Shown here: piece after piece, positions 1 through 13,029 of the stretch
Position numbering within the stretch: position 1 is the first letter of the stretch
How the letters are laid out: every line of letters begins with the position of its first letter
From: Bispira polyomma
Taxonomy: Eukaryota
Reading direction: 5' to 3'
Length of the DNA stretch: 64,000 nucleotides
Assembly: GCA_965649765.1 (NCBI GenBank)
Contig: OZ287750.1
Coordinates: 26,040,001 to 26,104,000, forward strand
Program-made: the position numbers and the translations under genes
Notes under the pieces: generated by a model
The model's database searches: none
Told to the model about the DNA's origin: nothing
What the model saw: the letters and a program-made list of their open reading frames with translations, nothing else

Positions 1-1725
1 GTTACACTAAAATGACTCTTCCATTTTATCAACCTCCTATTATCTAAACAAAATCTTGCTCTCATAACATGTTTGGATAATAGAAGTTCTACAGTCATTG
101 TATTTTATATATAAAGCACTGAATACAAAGGCTACATAGTTCAAAACAACTTTCTAAGGCACTAGTTCACCTGATGTTGTGACTGAGTGCTAGTGTCTTG
201 CCAAGTAAAAACTGGTCTAAATAGTTCAACTTTATTGAGCTTTATAGGTTTATATATCTATAAACAATTGATTATGTGATAAGAGAACTTCTTGTTAAAG
301 TGTCATAGGCAGTTTTTGGTAGAATTGTGGGTAATATTTGCTGAAATTTTTGACTATTTTACATTGCTTGACTAAATTCCAGTTATTTTTTGCCAGTTTT
401 TTTTTATTGAGTTGGCTCATACATTAGGGGTGGCGAATTTTAGATACAGTGGCAAACTTATAAATTTTCTTACTCTACGATATATGTATGTTTATAGTTG
501 GGTTTTCTCTTGAAATTTATATAAGGTAAATGTCATTTTTTATTTTCACACTGGTTCTGATGACTGCTGGCTCAGGATTATTGCTTGAATAACTTTCAAT
601 ATGCTGCGTGGATTCTATTAATTTTTAGAACAAAGTTTGCCTGGGAAAATTTTTTAGCATTTTAAAAATGGAACGATTCAGACAGATGTCGAGCCTTATT
701 TTTGACACAGAAAATTTTGTGGAATTTATATTCTCTATAAATTAAAGCTTTGGTTGGAAAATATGCTTCAGGATGACCAAATGATTAAATTAACATGTAC
801 TCCGGGTTATTTAGCCAAGCCTATATTTTGTCTGCCTCCCCCTGAGAATTCAAAACTGGGATCAAATCTAGGTCATCGCCATTCCAAATTGAGTTTGTGT
901 TTTACCGACAAAGTGACACAGGTAAGACATAAATCTAGTGATCAACTGATAATACACAAGAGATAAAGCAACAAAACTCGCGAAACTCAACTGGTTAGTA
1001 TTTTCTCAGACTGTCATAGTAAAGTAAAAGTAAATAATAATGTTAACTAGTGTTCTTTTGGTATACAGTAGTATTGTTTACTAGTGTTGGGAATTGGTCT
1101 AGTTTTCCAGGTCGATTAATAGTGGCCTAATTTTGCGACTGATGATTGACTTGTAATCGATTATTGGCCTAATTGTATGAAATATTATGATATTCATCAT
1201 ACTCAGTTAGGGATCTAGGACAGCATAAAGTGTGATCCGCTAAGAATTTGGTTAGCTTTAGACATGTCATTAGGGTGAAACATGGGTTTATAATGGGTAT
1301 AGCTTGCTTGGGATTTATTTTTGGACCTGTTCAAATGAACAAAATGGCCACTATTGACATTAACGTAAACATAAAAACTGGTGATGTATATTATTCTCTG
1401 AGTTCTCTTGAATTGATAAACAACACAATAAGGTATATTTTTAGTACCACTAACCTGTATACCACTTTCTGGGAGAACTTTAAATCTGTTTTCATTTGCA
1501 GAAAGTACATGAAAACAGATTAAAAGTGTAGCAACTTGCTTTGGTTCGCAATATAAACTCTATATAATAACTTTTAAAAATGCCGTGATATTTTGTTATT
1601 TCAAATAAGAAAACCAACATATCTGACTAATTGATTATATAAAAGTAAGACCAAAGGACCACAATGTTTAGGTGTCATCAATGATTAATCAATTGTCCAA
1701 TGACATTTTGTTTTCTGTGTTTCAG

Positions 1726-1815
1726 AAATGGCTGGAGATCATGAGTAAAAAGTCAAGAAAGCCACTCAAGTGTGAACTGTGCCATTTCCAATACCACAGA
1801 CACAAAAAATTCAAG
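1726..1815 (+). CDS. Internal exon of a MARCH-family (RING-CH) membrane E3 ubiquitin ligase; end of the RING-CH domain
   Basis: Acceptor ttttctgtgtttcag|, donor |gtaag, 90 nt, phase 0. Translates KWLEIMSKKSRKPLKCELCHFQYHRHKKFK, with the RING-CH W...CELC signature. Joins in frame to exon 3042. Upstream exons lie outside the window. Confidence 0.9.
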
Positions 1816-2226
1816 GTAAGCTTTAAAGAAATATAATATTAGGTGGATGTTTTTTTAGTGTCACAATACTGAAATCCTGATAACTGGGAAATAAGTCCGG
1901 CATAAAAAAGGGACTGGAGTATTTAATTTTAAGGAAATCAAAGTCAAAACAGAAACCTTCTCATCACTAGACCTAACCACTTGGCCACGAAAGACAATAA
2001 ATGTCTATTTGAAATATGTATTTGATGTTTTCCAAGAATTACCTGACTGTTTAAAAAAAATTTCGGAGTTGGAATTTCTACAGTATAGAAATATTCGATT
2101 TTTACCAAGAATTACCCGACTGTTTTAAAATTTATATTTGAATTGGAATTACTACACATGTATATATAATTATATTACAAAAAAAGCCGAAATATTTCTC
2201 AGGTTCTAATTCCGTTATGTGTCGAC

Positions 2227-2313
2227 TGATGCCCATGCACAGAAGTCTGTGCAGTAAAATCAGAATTAGTGATGCCCATGCACAGAAGTCTGTGCAGTAA
2301 AATCAGAATTAGT
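2227..2313. repeat. Perfect 2 x 43 bp tandem duplication (intronic)
   Basis: TGATGCCCATGCACAGAAGTCTGTGCAGTAAAATCAGAATTAG occurs twice. Confidence 0.9.
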
Positions 2314-2544
2314 AAGAAACTGTAAAAAATTATGAAAATTTTAGTAATATTTAATCTATTCATTGTAGTTTGCATGCATTGCTAAAATATTTCTGATTCT
2401 GTTGCTAATCTAGTATCTTGTGTGCCCTCACTCTTTATTTGTACAGCTTTCTGAGCGTAAATTGAATTATCCAATATTGGATATTGCGATATATTTGTAT
2501 TTCAAAAATAAATTTGGATATATTTAGGTATGGTATTGTACATT

Positions 2545-2688
2545 GATATCAAAATTTTTATTAAACCTAGACCGAAGATATCAAAATTTTATTAAACCTG
2601 GACCGAAGATATCAAAATTTTTTTTAAACCTGGATAGAAGATATCAAAATTTTTATCAAAGCTGGACCGAAGAGCCGATATCGAAATT
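2545..2688. repeat. ~32-bp minisatellite, about 4 copies (intronic)
   Basis: GATATCAAAATTTTTATTAAACCTGGACCGAA units with no spacers. Confidence 0.85.
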
Positions 2689-3041
2689 GTTGCATGATAT
2701 AGGAATATAAACTATATATTTAAATTTTTCACTTTTAAATTTGTTTAAGTTTACTGCCATGTGTACAGGAAGTGGTATATATAGGTTATCCCTGGGTTAT
2801 TGGTACATACTACTGCATACTAAATGTTAAAGCTAACCCAATTCTGATATTTTAATAACAATAAATCCAACTGCCTAGAAAATATAACAATATTGATTTG
2901 AAAAATACCCCATTTGACACTATAGCTAACTATTTGAAGTTGTCAATGTGTTGTTGCATCGTTGGACTAAACATAGGGAAAGAAAAACCCTGCAGAAATA
3001 AAGAGGTTTGGATTGTTGTATTACTTCTTGTGTTTTTTCAG

Positions 3042-3425
3042 TTCAACCATTTCCGTTTCCCAAAGGTCTCGCCTCAGGATCGGGTCATGCACACAATCTT
3101 TCTGTTGATGCTCCTGCTGATGATCGGCTGTGCCATCGCCACAGTCATGTGTTTTCTCTCAGACAAGGGACAGATCACCAAGTTCCCGAGGAATCGGGTG
3201 GACTTGACGACGGAAGAGATCATTACGCTGTCGTGTGGCGTCCTGTTCTTTGTGTCCTTCTTTGTGGCGATGTCTGTACAGATCAAGGCCAAGCACACGG
3301 TCTACCAACTCTTCCTTAAGTTCATTATGCAAAACATGGAGTGGGAGATCGATGAATACGATAAGAGTAAAGACTCACTGTACGCCAATAGGAATACATA
3401 CAAAGTGCCGCCCGCATACGTTTGA
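3042..3425 (+). CDS. Terminal coding exon of the MARCH4/9/11-like E3 ligase (two TM helices plus cytoplasmic tail)
   Basis: Acceptor tgttttttcag|TTC. Two hydrophobic helices (HTIFLLMLLLMIGCAIATVMCFL; IITLSCGVLFFVSFFVAMSVQI). Post-TM VYQLFLKF...NMEWEIDEYDKSKD resembles the MARCH4/9/11 post-TM segment. GC-richer than the flanks; stop TGA at 3423-3425. Confidence 0.88.
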   Translation, partial: FNHFRFPKVSPQDRVMHTIFLLMLLLMIGCAIATVMCFLSDKGQITKFPRNRVDLTTEEIITLSCGVLFFVSFFVAMSVQIKAKHTVYQLFLKFIMQNMEWEIDEYDKSKDSLYANRNTYKVPPAYV

Positions 3426-6400
3426 TCATGTGACCTTTACACTTACTCGTGTGTTCTCTTGGAAAAAAAAAATTTTGTTTTTGGCATCTTGCCAGCCCAC
3501 TACCTTCAACCGCCTCCATTTTTTGGGGGTTTTTTTACGGAAAGTGGAAGGGAGGTGTGTTTTCTTGTTAGTGCGTAGCCGTCGGAGGAGGCTTTGGATA
3601 TTGGATTAATGAAATAAAACAGTCTTGTAGCAGGGGAACAGGTAATTGTTCCCCCCCCGCCTCAAGTCGAGAGCTACTACTACTACTGAGAAAGCGTCTA
3701 TGTGATAATTGTGTGTGTTGTTTCAAAGCCAAAAAAATGGTTTGTGAGGGTGTATATAGCGCATATATAGTCATATGGCGAAGAGAGATGGTGGTTTGTT
3801 CATTGTGGTGTGTGTGTATGTGTGTAACATGTGTTTACCCCTGGATAAATGCCCTGGATGTGTTGGAATTATAACAGGCAATGCAGAAGACGTGTGGTTA
3901 TTGGATATATAAACCGAGTAGAGTACCAAGCACATTGGGGGTGGTTTGGTAGAAATGTTCATATTATAAGTGTAAAAAAATGAACAGTCAAGGTGGGTAT
4001 ATATTGTAACAATGATGGTGTTGTTCTTATTTCTCTGTAGTCTTACGTACGAAAACAAACACCATTCATACAGGTTCAGGATCAAATTGGAAAATATGGG
4101 ATCGTTTGTCAATATTTTGTCTCGTATTTCCCTCCACCACTCCCTAAAAAAAGTTTTACTTCGGAATTTGAATTAAATAAATTAAGAGATATGTATCTGT
4201 ACAGGGCTAATCAAAAGTACTGATCAGGCTATGTACCATACAGATCTGTCTTGAGGTCAAACTTATGACCCCATAAGAGCAGATTTTCATTATATTTTGC
4301 TTAAATATATATATATATGGGACAGTAATCAATTTCTCCCACTCGCCCTATGATTTAGAGAGTATGGGCGATCATTTTGGATAAATATAACGTTAGTTCC
4401 CTACTTTACTGTTTATTTTAAGCAGAGATGGTAATATAGTTGAAGCATCCGGATTCGAGGATTAATGTTTCACGTTTGTTTTTAAATATAAAACCTGCAA
4501 TTTTTATTTGCTTTAAATATTAAAATGCGTATAATTTTTGTAAGGGACTAATAATTTTAGTCAGCTACTATGCATCAGCTTACGTCCTCGATATATACAG
4601 TGCACCGACTATATATTTTCCTTTCAATAATTTAAAAAAGAAAATGATATTTCTTTTATGACCTTACATGGCCTTAATGTCTTCAGGATAACAAGTAGAA
4701 GTGGAGTGACTTTTATTGATAGAAAACATAATGTAGGCTTTTGTAGGGGGACTCTATTTATAGCCAGTGATCTATATATGTGCGTATTTAAAATCTCAGA
4801 AAGGTGTGTCGTGGAGTTTTAAACAAAATAAACTGCTATATTTGGACCAATGTCTTTTCACACAAAAGGGGGGGGAGGGGGGGAGGGGGGAGGGCGTTAT
4901 ATAGAATATATATCAACCACAAAGTTAGGAGTAGGGAAAAACATATACAGCATGTACTTCTATAATATTTGTTTTTCTTTTTATTGTGTGTGAAAAGTTT
5001 TCCAAACCCAGTGAAGAATATAGCTTATAAAAAAGTCTGCAAACAGAATATACACACACAGAGATGGTAATTACGGTTACAATTCTATATGTGAATGCAT
5101 TCTGGCTGTTATAATATAGTATATTATGACTGAGCATGCTTTTGATTCTTTATATCGGTACCCTTTCTATTATTTGCGATACTAGTGATCTTATAAAAAG
5201 TACAAGAAAAAAAACACAACCAAAAAAAAAAAAATAAAATTGCTATTGTAAGTATACAGACTGTCAATAATCTATAGTTTGTTTAGTGTCATATTATTTA
5301 TGTTTACTTTAAAAAAACCAATACTAAAATAGGCAATATACAAGATTAGTTGTTTAGATCTGTTGGTGGTATGCTTTTGCTAATTGTGTATTTATTAGGA
5401 AAGAGGCGAAACATATGTATCACTTACATCTAGCTGTGTTTGTTTTTGTAACATCCAGGTATTTTATCGCCTTCTATTTGTAAATGTCTATTCTCTCTCT
5501 CACTTTATATATAGTAGAGTAAGAAATCTAAAATTCACCACTGTATCTGACATTCGCTGCCAAGAAATTTTTTTTTTTTTTGTTGTTGTTGTTGTTGGTG
5601 GGGGGGGGGGGCGGGGGGGAATGGTTTTGCCCCTACTTGCCTAAATTCCAGTCATTTTTTAGCCGTTTTTTTAGTAATTTGGCTGAAATTTTAAAGAGGG
5701 TGGCGAATTTTCGATTGCTTACTTTGTTATTATGGTCTATGGTCTGTATATCGTATTGTGTACACAGGTTTTTGTGTGTACTGGTGAACACAATAGAGAG
5801 AGGGCCCAAGCAATAATAAACACAGGTTGCCTAGTGCTCCATCCCAATATGTAATATATATTTATTTTTTATCCTTTATTACTTCAGTACACACAGCACA
5901 AACCAGGCTGCCTATATATAAATAAATAAAAAACATTGTTGCTTGGAGTTTGGACAGTGATGAGAAGTATTGCATTTATTTAGAAATTTGTGTGCATGTG
6001 GCTGCATCTTTCTTTTTTCTTTGAAGTTCTATAGGTGTTGTCTTTTTCCTAAAAACACAATTGTTTTTGTGAAATTTGTGCAGTTGTTTTCCAGTTCTGA
6101 CTTTTAGAAAAAACAAGACTAGCTATTTTGTATGTTAGAAAATAAGGGAAGTAAAGAGAGGGGGGGGGGGGGGGGTTCTGGGCTAAAAATGTATTTAATT
6201 TAAATTGTGTTTTCAAAATTAGGTTAAAAATCCTGGTCTACCGGTCTAGTCAAAAGCTAGTTTGTTACTACTTGTTAGGGAGTTAAATCCTCTAATTGAT
6301 TGTATTCTTTCTGTAGAAACAATTGCTGTCAAAAAAGAAAGTGAAAGTAGAATAGATAAATTATGGCAAAAGCGAAACTGATTTCTAGGACTTAAAAAAC

Positions 6401-9400
6401 TAACAGAATATGGTATGTCTTGTCACATATCTAACTCAGCTGAAGCGTATAACAGGTGTACAGAAGCTATATAGCTTTAAAGCAAATCGGTGTACCAAAT
6501 CTTGCTCTCCCAAAGTATTCCATGATAGAGATTCCACTGTGTGAACCCTTTCAACCCCAAGAGAAAACTATCACCGCAAACCGAAGGATTTGGGGGGGGG
6601 TGGGAGGGGGGCTAATCGGTTAGAAATTTCTGGAGTCACTAAAACAGGCACCACAAACTACATCCAGCATATAGTAACGGCATTTCAGCACGTCTTAGTA
6701 AGGCTAGCTACTATCTCAATTCTTTTCTCTTGTGAGTAGAAATGTGGAGGTACCATATATATATTATTGATTATTGGCCATTGTCTTTTGCAACTGTGTG
6801 TGTGTGTGTTCTCACACTGTGGTTGTGTATTGATTTTCTGGAGGAGGGACAAAAAGAGAGCCCAAGTTATAATCAACTGACAAGAGAAAGAAGCCAGCAA
6901 GTGTACCATAAGATAAGTTGTAATAATATCCTTAATATTCTTAACATCTACAATCTAATAGCTTCAAATTTCACCGGGTCGTTTGCATTTTGGGGGAGAG
7001 TGATAATCTCTTTGCATAATGGAAGTTTTATAAAAATATAAAAAATGGCATTTTTGGTACAAAACAAATGAAGCAAAAATTTTTGTGGAACAGAATTGAG
7101 TTAATAAAACAAGGGAGGTTTGAGTATGTTAAGTACAACCAAATTTCTAGTACAAACTTAATTTAAAAGGATCAGTAATAAAGTTCAGTTTAAGAAGTTG
7201 AAGAGTCGAGAGAATCAATTCCTGTGGATATTGGACATTGACGTGTGCAGAGTCTTAAAGAATTCATGAATTTACTAATTTTGAGCACTGTTGTTTTCCC
7301 CCGAATGAAATTTAACAAAGTTATTTTAATAGGTGAAACTGTATTAAAACAATAATGAATCAACTGTACTAAAAGAATATACACATATTCCCTGATTATA
7401 CCTATTAACTGTAACATAATAATACAGATTCACAGATTATGTAGTAGTCACTTCATTACAGCTCAGTGAATCACTGTCCTGTCTTTTGAATATATATATT
7501 TTTTATAAGAGAAAAGTAAGTGTGTTGTCTATATGGAGAAAATTAATAGGAAGTGGCTGAGACAAGAATACAGAAAAGAAACACATTAACTATAATGATA
7601 CCAAACAAATCACTAATATTTCAATTTGAAGTTCTGATAAAATTGTGTAGAGCACTTGGTAATAATATTGAGCCAAAAATGAAGTCCTATAACTGATGTT
7701 TTATTGCTCTTGCCTTGGTGAAAATGTGACTTTTTTGTAATAATAATTGGTGACATTTAGTGTTAATTACTAAATGGATGTCTTTGTTGACACCCATTTA
7801 ACCCTATGTGTTTGCTTATTACAGTAACAAATCTAACATTCGCCACTGTTTTCCGAAAATTCGCCACCTAAAATTTAAGCCAAATTGAATAAAACTGGGC
7901 AAAAAAATAACTGGAATTTAGGTAAGTAAGCCAAAATAGTCGCAAAAATCTCAGTTTCAGCAGATACTACCCACAATTCTACCAAAAACACAACATTTTC
8001 TAGATGGTGAATTTCAAATACAGTGACGAATTTTAGATGCCTTACTCTAATGTCAGTCCAATGAATTAAAATGGCTACATAGAAAAGCACACATACTTCA
8101 GTACCTCACAACGGAAGTGAGGTGGGCCAGTGGTATTATAAGAGATTGAAATGCTGAATAAACAATTTATTGTAACTTTATTTGGTATTAACTTTTTATG
8201 TACACATTCTTTTATATGTTACTAAAATTGGAAAGAGTAATATTGAAGAAAAACAAGCTAGTTACAGTAAAACCCCTATTATCCGAACATGTTCAGAGAG
8301 AGCCAGATTTTGTTTGGATAATAGAAGGTTTGTGTAATAGAAGAGAATATTTTTGTATAAAACAATAGGAAAATGCAAATTTGGGATAGTGAACGTGTGT
8401 TAATAAAAGTGAATATCCGGATAGTTATTTATTTCATCAAAATTGCTGTTATAAGTCCAGCCCTAAGGTAAACTATGTTTAATTGATGACATCAATAACT
8501 AGATGTTACACAAAAACGTCATTGAGTAAATATTGATGAAATTGATAAAACCATTTAGCCAGTGCCCCATGGGGTGTAGTTTCTATTGAAGTAGACTACA
8601 TGTATTATGCAATCTTTTGTGTGTAATGGTTGCTTGTAGGTGACAAGAAAGGTCTGTATATCGAAGGACATACAATGTATGAATAAGAGGCTAACATTAC
8701 ATCGGTGGGCCCCAACTGATTACATGTATGCTCTTATGAATTATAAAGTCCAGCTGATGTTCATAGATTGATATGAAATGATGTGTTGATGGTATATATG
8801 ATTTTCCATTCTTGCAAACCACCACGTGATACAAAAACCCCAATAAAGGAACAAAGGCCAATTAATTTGAAATTGGCTTATTCTAGTACAAGAAAAAAAT
8901 TAATTCTTGCCTCATAATTAGTATATGTTCTCTGTATAGGTTAGGGTCTATGTAATAGTACAGTTATAGAGGTAACGGAGGGACTGAGTGTATTCTTAGC
9001 TGTATTTACAACTACTCAGTCGCAAGGTTGAGAATCGATATAACATCATTAAGTCCTTGGTTTAAGTTTTGTATCAGAACCTGTTGACATAATCTTTTGT
9101 CAGCTTCTCAAAGTTGTTGTTTTTTAGTTTAATTTTATTTTGTTAGCAATCACTTTATTTATCCTTCTCAAAGTGACCCTCTTAACAGTGTTTTACATTT
9201 GCCATTAAAAGTACCATTTTTCCAAAGTAAATTTTAAAAGCTGGGGTCAAATGTAGTATGGTTTAGTTTGCTATTCTCTTTGTATGTTGTCATTTTATAT
9301 CACACTTTGTGTTGTGAAGCCGGTGTACTATGAATAAACGGTATTTCATTCTGCAAAGCTAGGAATAATTTTGTTTTCCACATGGTTTCAAAGCCACAAA

Positions 9401-10406
9401 TGTATTTAGTTGATGTACAGAGTTGAACCCTCTGTAAAGTCGAACCTACAAAAGAACAAGGTGAAATACCTCTACTTAAGCAGGAATTCCACTTAAGAGG
9501 GTGGAGATTTTAGTATAAAAAAAGGCTTTTGTGGGACTAGAAATTTAACTTTCTCCCCATAAAAGAGAAAGTGACTCAACAGAGTTCTACTTAAAGGGGT
9601 TGACTACTTTTCTGTAGTTCGTTGTTATACTGTTGATGGAAATAGGAAAAATAAGGTAGAGTTACATGCACCTGTACTTTCAATTAAGACCTGATTGTGC
9701 AAGCTTGGGTAGTAATATATTAAACGTGTGTATGATTAGGTTCAAGTGCTATATCGTTCTAGATACAGTATTATTATCTGCTGAACTTCAGAGTTCAGGT
9801 GGGCAAATACATTTGTACTGAGGTTATGTGATGATAAGCTGTGTGCTTTAGTTTGCAGTTAGAAATTGGAATGTAGTTTATATTGCACCAATTCTTTTCT
9901 TGAAGCGTTCACTATTGGTTAAACAATCAAATTGTGTGGTATATAGTCACCTTTTGCGCACACAATTAATGTGTTTACTCTATACTGAGTGAGGCATTGT
10001 GGGTGATGTAAATGCACATAGTCCTTAGTTTAAAGTTTTACTGAAAAATGTGTATTTATTTGAAGTGACCTGTGGTGTACAATTTTTAGTGGTGAATAAA
10101 AACATTGTATGGTCACAAATATATGTCAGTTGAAAAAACTATAGCAAATGGTATAGTCAGGTGTGTCTTATGGGGTGTAATATAAAAACTTCTATATTTA
10201 TTATAGCAGGTTTTCAGGAGACAGCGAGATTTCAAAACGTAGTTTCTATATTAGTGCCTCGGTATGTCTGTGTGACAGACGAAAATACCACTCTTCATGA
10301 TTCTCTCTGAAGGCTCAATTAGTCACGGTATGTTGGAAAAATGTAAACGCACATTAACGTAACGCATGCAGTACACAGTATACCCGGTATATGTATTTGT
10401 TTTGAT

Positions 10407-11150
10407 GTAGGGGAGTTAGAGATCCGTACATGTTATCTGTGCACACGTTAATGAGAGGCAAGATCATTGTATTTTATAATATACAGTTTAAAAGGTATAT
10501 AACTTCCTTATTGGCGGGTGGATTTTGTATAATAGTCTCACTATGAAGTTTGTGGAATACTAGTATTGAATTATCTATAGAAAAAGACAGAAAATGTAAT
10601 AGAAAGTATCACAAATTTTAAATTATGTGATCTGTTACGTATCAATCTGTGTAGAAATATGTGCTCTTACATCTTTTTAGAATTTAAAATCTAGTACTAC
10701 TGTAGGGGAGTTGGAGATACTTTTCCTACAGAGTCAACAGCAGTATTTGTTAAGTACTGTTTCCAGATAGACACTTGTCACACACGTCATCTCTACCCGT
10801 TATCTGTGCATACGTCAATGAGAGGCAAGATCGTTGTATTTTATAACATACAGTTTTGAAGGTATCTAACTTTCTTATTGGCGGGCGGATTTATTATAAT
10901 TGTCTCACTATTTTGTTCCTTTTTTACGTGTCTATGGAAACGGCCCATGAAGCACATGTAGTAGTTTTTATATAGGTTGGGGGATGTTGTTACGAAGTTC
11001 CTGGAATAATACTACTAAATTTTTCATATAAAAAGACAGAAAATGTAATAGAAAGTAATACAAATTTAAATTTATGTGATCTGTTACTTATTAATCTGTG
11101 TATAAATATGTTGCTGTTACATCTTTTAGAATTTGAAATCTAGTACTACT
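10407..11150 (+). repeat. Diverged tandem duplication (10407-10701 and 10702-11150)
   Basis: Both units begin GTAGGGGAGTT.GAGAT and end AAATCTAGTACTACT; unit 2 has two extra blocks. Confidence 0.85.
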
Positions 11151-12811
11151 TAATTACCCCAATAATAGAGTGACCGAATCTGTGACTTTTTGGTTAGCTT
11201 ATGTTCTTATGTATGCGATATGCGACAACCAATATGTGACGGCAAATTTTTACCTATTCATATAAATTATCTTTACCTGTTTTCATGTTTGCTACTGCGA
11301 TTTGCGACAACCACAGTGGGAGTCTGGAGATGCAATTTTTTTCATTTGTATTTGGAAGGAATAAGCAATGTGAAATGTGTAGAGCAATGTTGATTTACTA
11401 AATATAGCATCTTGGGATTGTTTATCTCAAAACACCAACATACTGTTTTGCTATCGTAATACGGCCATCACCTGACGCATGAGAACGTAGGTTTACCTCT
11501 TAGTACATTGAACCCCTATCTATGTTGTAAAAACTCGTGGAGTGTGTAGTGCTTTACTGCGTTTTATTTGCCGACACATATACTTCCTGTTTGTTGCACA
11601 TTCCACCCCCCATCCCCTGTTTTCCGTTTTGTAGCAGCTTTTCTACATAACCTTTTTGTATTTCACGCCTTCCTGTAAAACTTTACCATGATATATGTTA
11701 CACATTGATCAGTTTCTCTCATGTTATTAGACAAGGCATTGATATAACCAAAGTATTTTTGTTTTTCTTCAATCGTTTTTTTTTTCTTTCTTAGTTTTGG
11801 CTACCAACTTTCTTTTATAATAATTGAACGAAACCTGTAATCAGTATGTTACAAGTATGTTATGAGAAACAGGTTTTGAATGTGTTTGTTAAATAGATGT
11901 ATATTATAATGATTCAGTTCTCATTCAATATTAAGTCAATGATATACTACCACTGTTTGCAGACTTATTACTCTTTAAAGCTTAAAGTAAAATGAAGTTG
12001 AGGTTTTGTTCGTTGTTCTATTTTTTATACACCACACAGTAAATGGGCACAGTGACACAATTGTGTATCACTGCAGAAGTTTACTTGTGTTGTCTATATA
12101 GAAATAAATACAGTAGAACCTCTATTATCCAAACTTCTGTTATATATACACTAAATGTTTTCATTGATTTTATATGAACTCATTCCTAACTCTCCCAAGA
12201 TAAACATTTTCCTGGGATTGCATTAACAAAAGGTTTTAGTCTTAACTTAGTCTTAAAATTTTGGCCTTTGATTTTGGCCGAAAAGCTTGGAAAGATTTTG
12301 GCCTTAATCCGAGTGACAGTAAGAAAAGAATTTTTGATTAGTGTTAACTTTGCTCTTAACACTGATTTTAACCGTTCATTTCAGACACAAATGTTAAGCT
12401 AATGGCTGAGTTAAGACTAAGAGGTTCAGTGGATATGGCCCCAGTGGTTTGATACATAATAAAAATGTCTCTTCTCTCTTTTATGAACCTTCTCATTATC
12501 CCCACAGACTAAAGTCTTACTCTTTCTCAACATGTTCGGATAATAGAGGCTCTTCACTGTATATATATATATAAATCTTTTTACAGTACATATATATATA
12601 TATTTGTTAACCAAGCTAATAAGAGTTTATATCTTTTTCTGCTATTCATTCTGTGATTCGTTCCTCCCGTTCATGTGTTTTAATTAATCGCTGTGTATCG
12701 GTTAAATATATGTGTGTGTGTTTGTGTGTACAGAGGTAGTGCTGCTGCTTAAAGAGAATATGTTAGTGCTAAAAATTGCTTTCTAGAAGTTTATATGTAT
12801 TTGTCTGTATA

Positions 12812-13029
12812 GAGTAAGAACTCTAAAATTCGCCACTGTATCTGAAATTCGCCACCTAGAAAATGTTGTGGTCTTGGCAGAATTGTGGGTAATATATGCT
12901 GACATTGAGATTTTTGGCGACTTTTTGTAAATTTCAGTTTTTTTTTCGTCCGTTTTTATAATTGATTTGGCGTATGTTTTAGTGGCTGGCAATTTTCAAA
13001 TACAGGGGTGAATTTTAGATTCCTTACTT
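12812..13029. mobile_element. ~220-bp MITE family 3; copies at ~300-475, 5517-5724, 7822-8047, 42365-42580, 45130-45357 and 51581-51789
   Basis: Long TIR (G/C)AGTAAG.AATCTAAAATTCGCCACTGTATCTGAAATTCGCCACC with TA flanks in the best copies; superfamily not certain. Confidence 0.82.

Noticed and set aside
840-921. Upstream MARCH exon (cag|gtaaga)
   Set aside because: Does not encode the expected preceding RING-CH residues (CxC...H..C), and there is no clear acceptor.
2360-2385. miR-33-like sequence (and a miR-137-like 11-mer at 578)
   Set aside because: Only partial matches and no precursor hairpin.
2545-2688. CRISPR-like ~32-bp repeats
   Set aside because: Head-to-tail with no unique spacers, in a eukaryotic intron, with no cas genes.
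2898-3041. N-terminal part of ORF 2898-3425
   Set aside because: Intronic read-through upstream of the acceptor at 3041.
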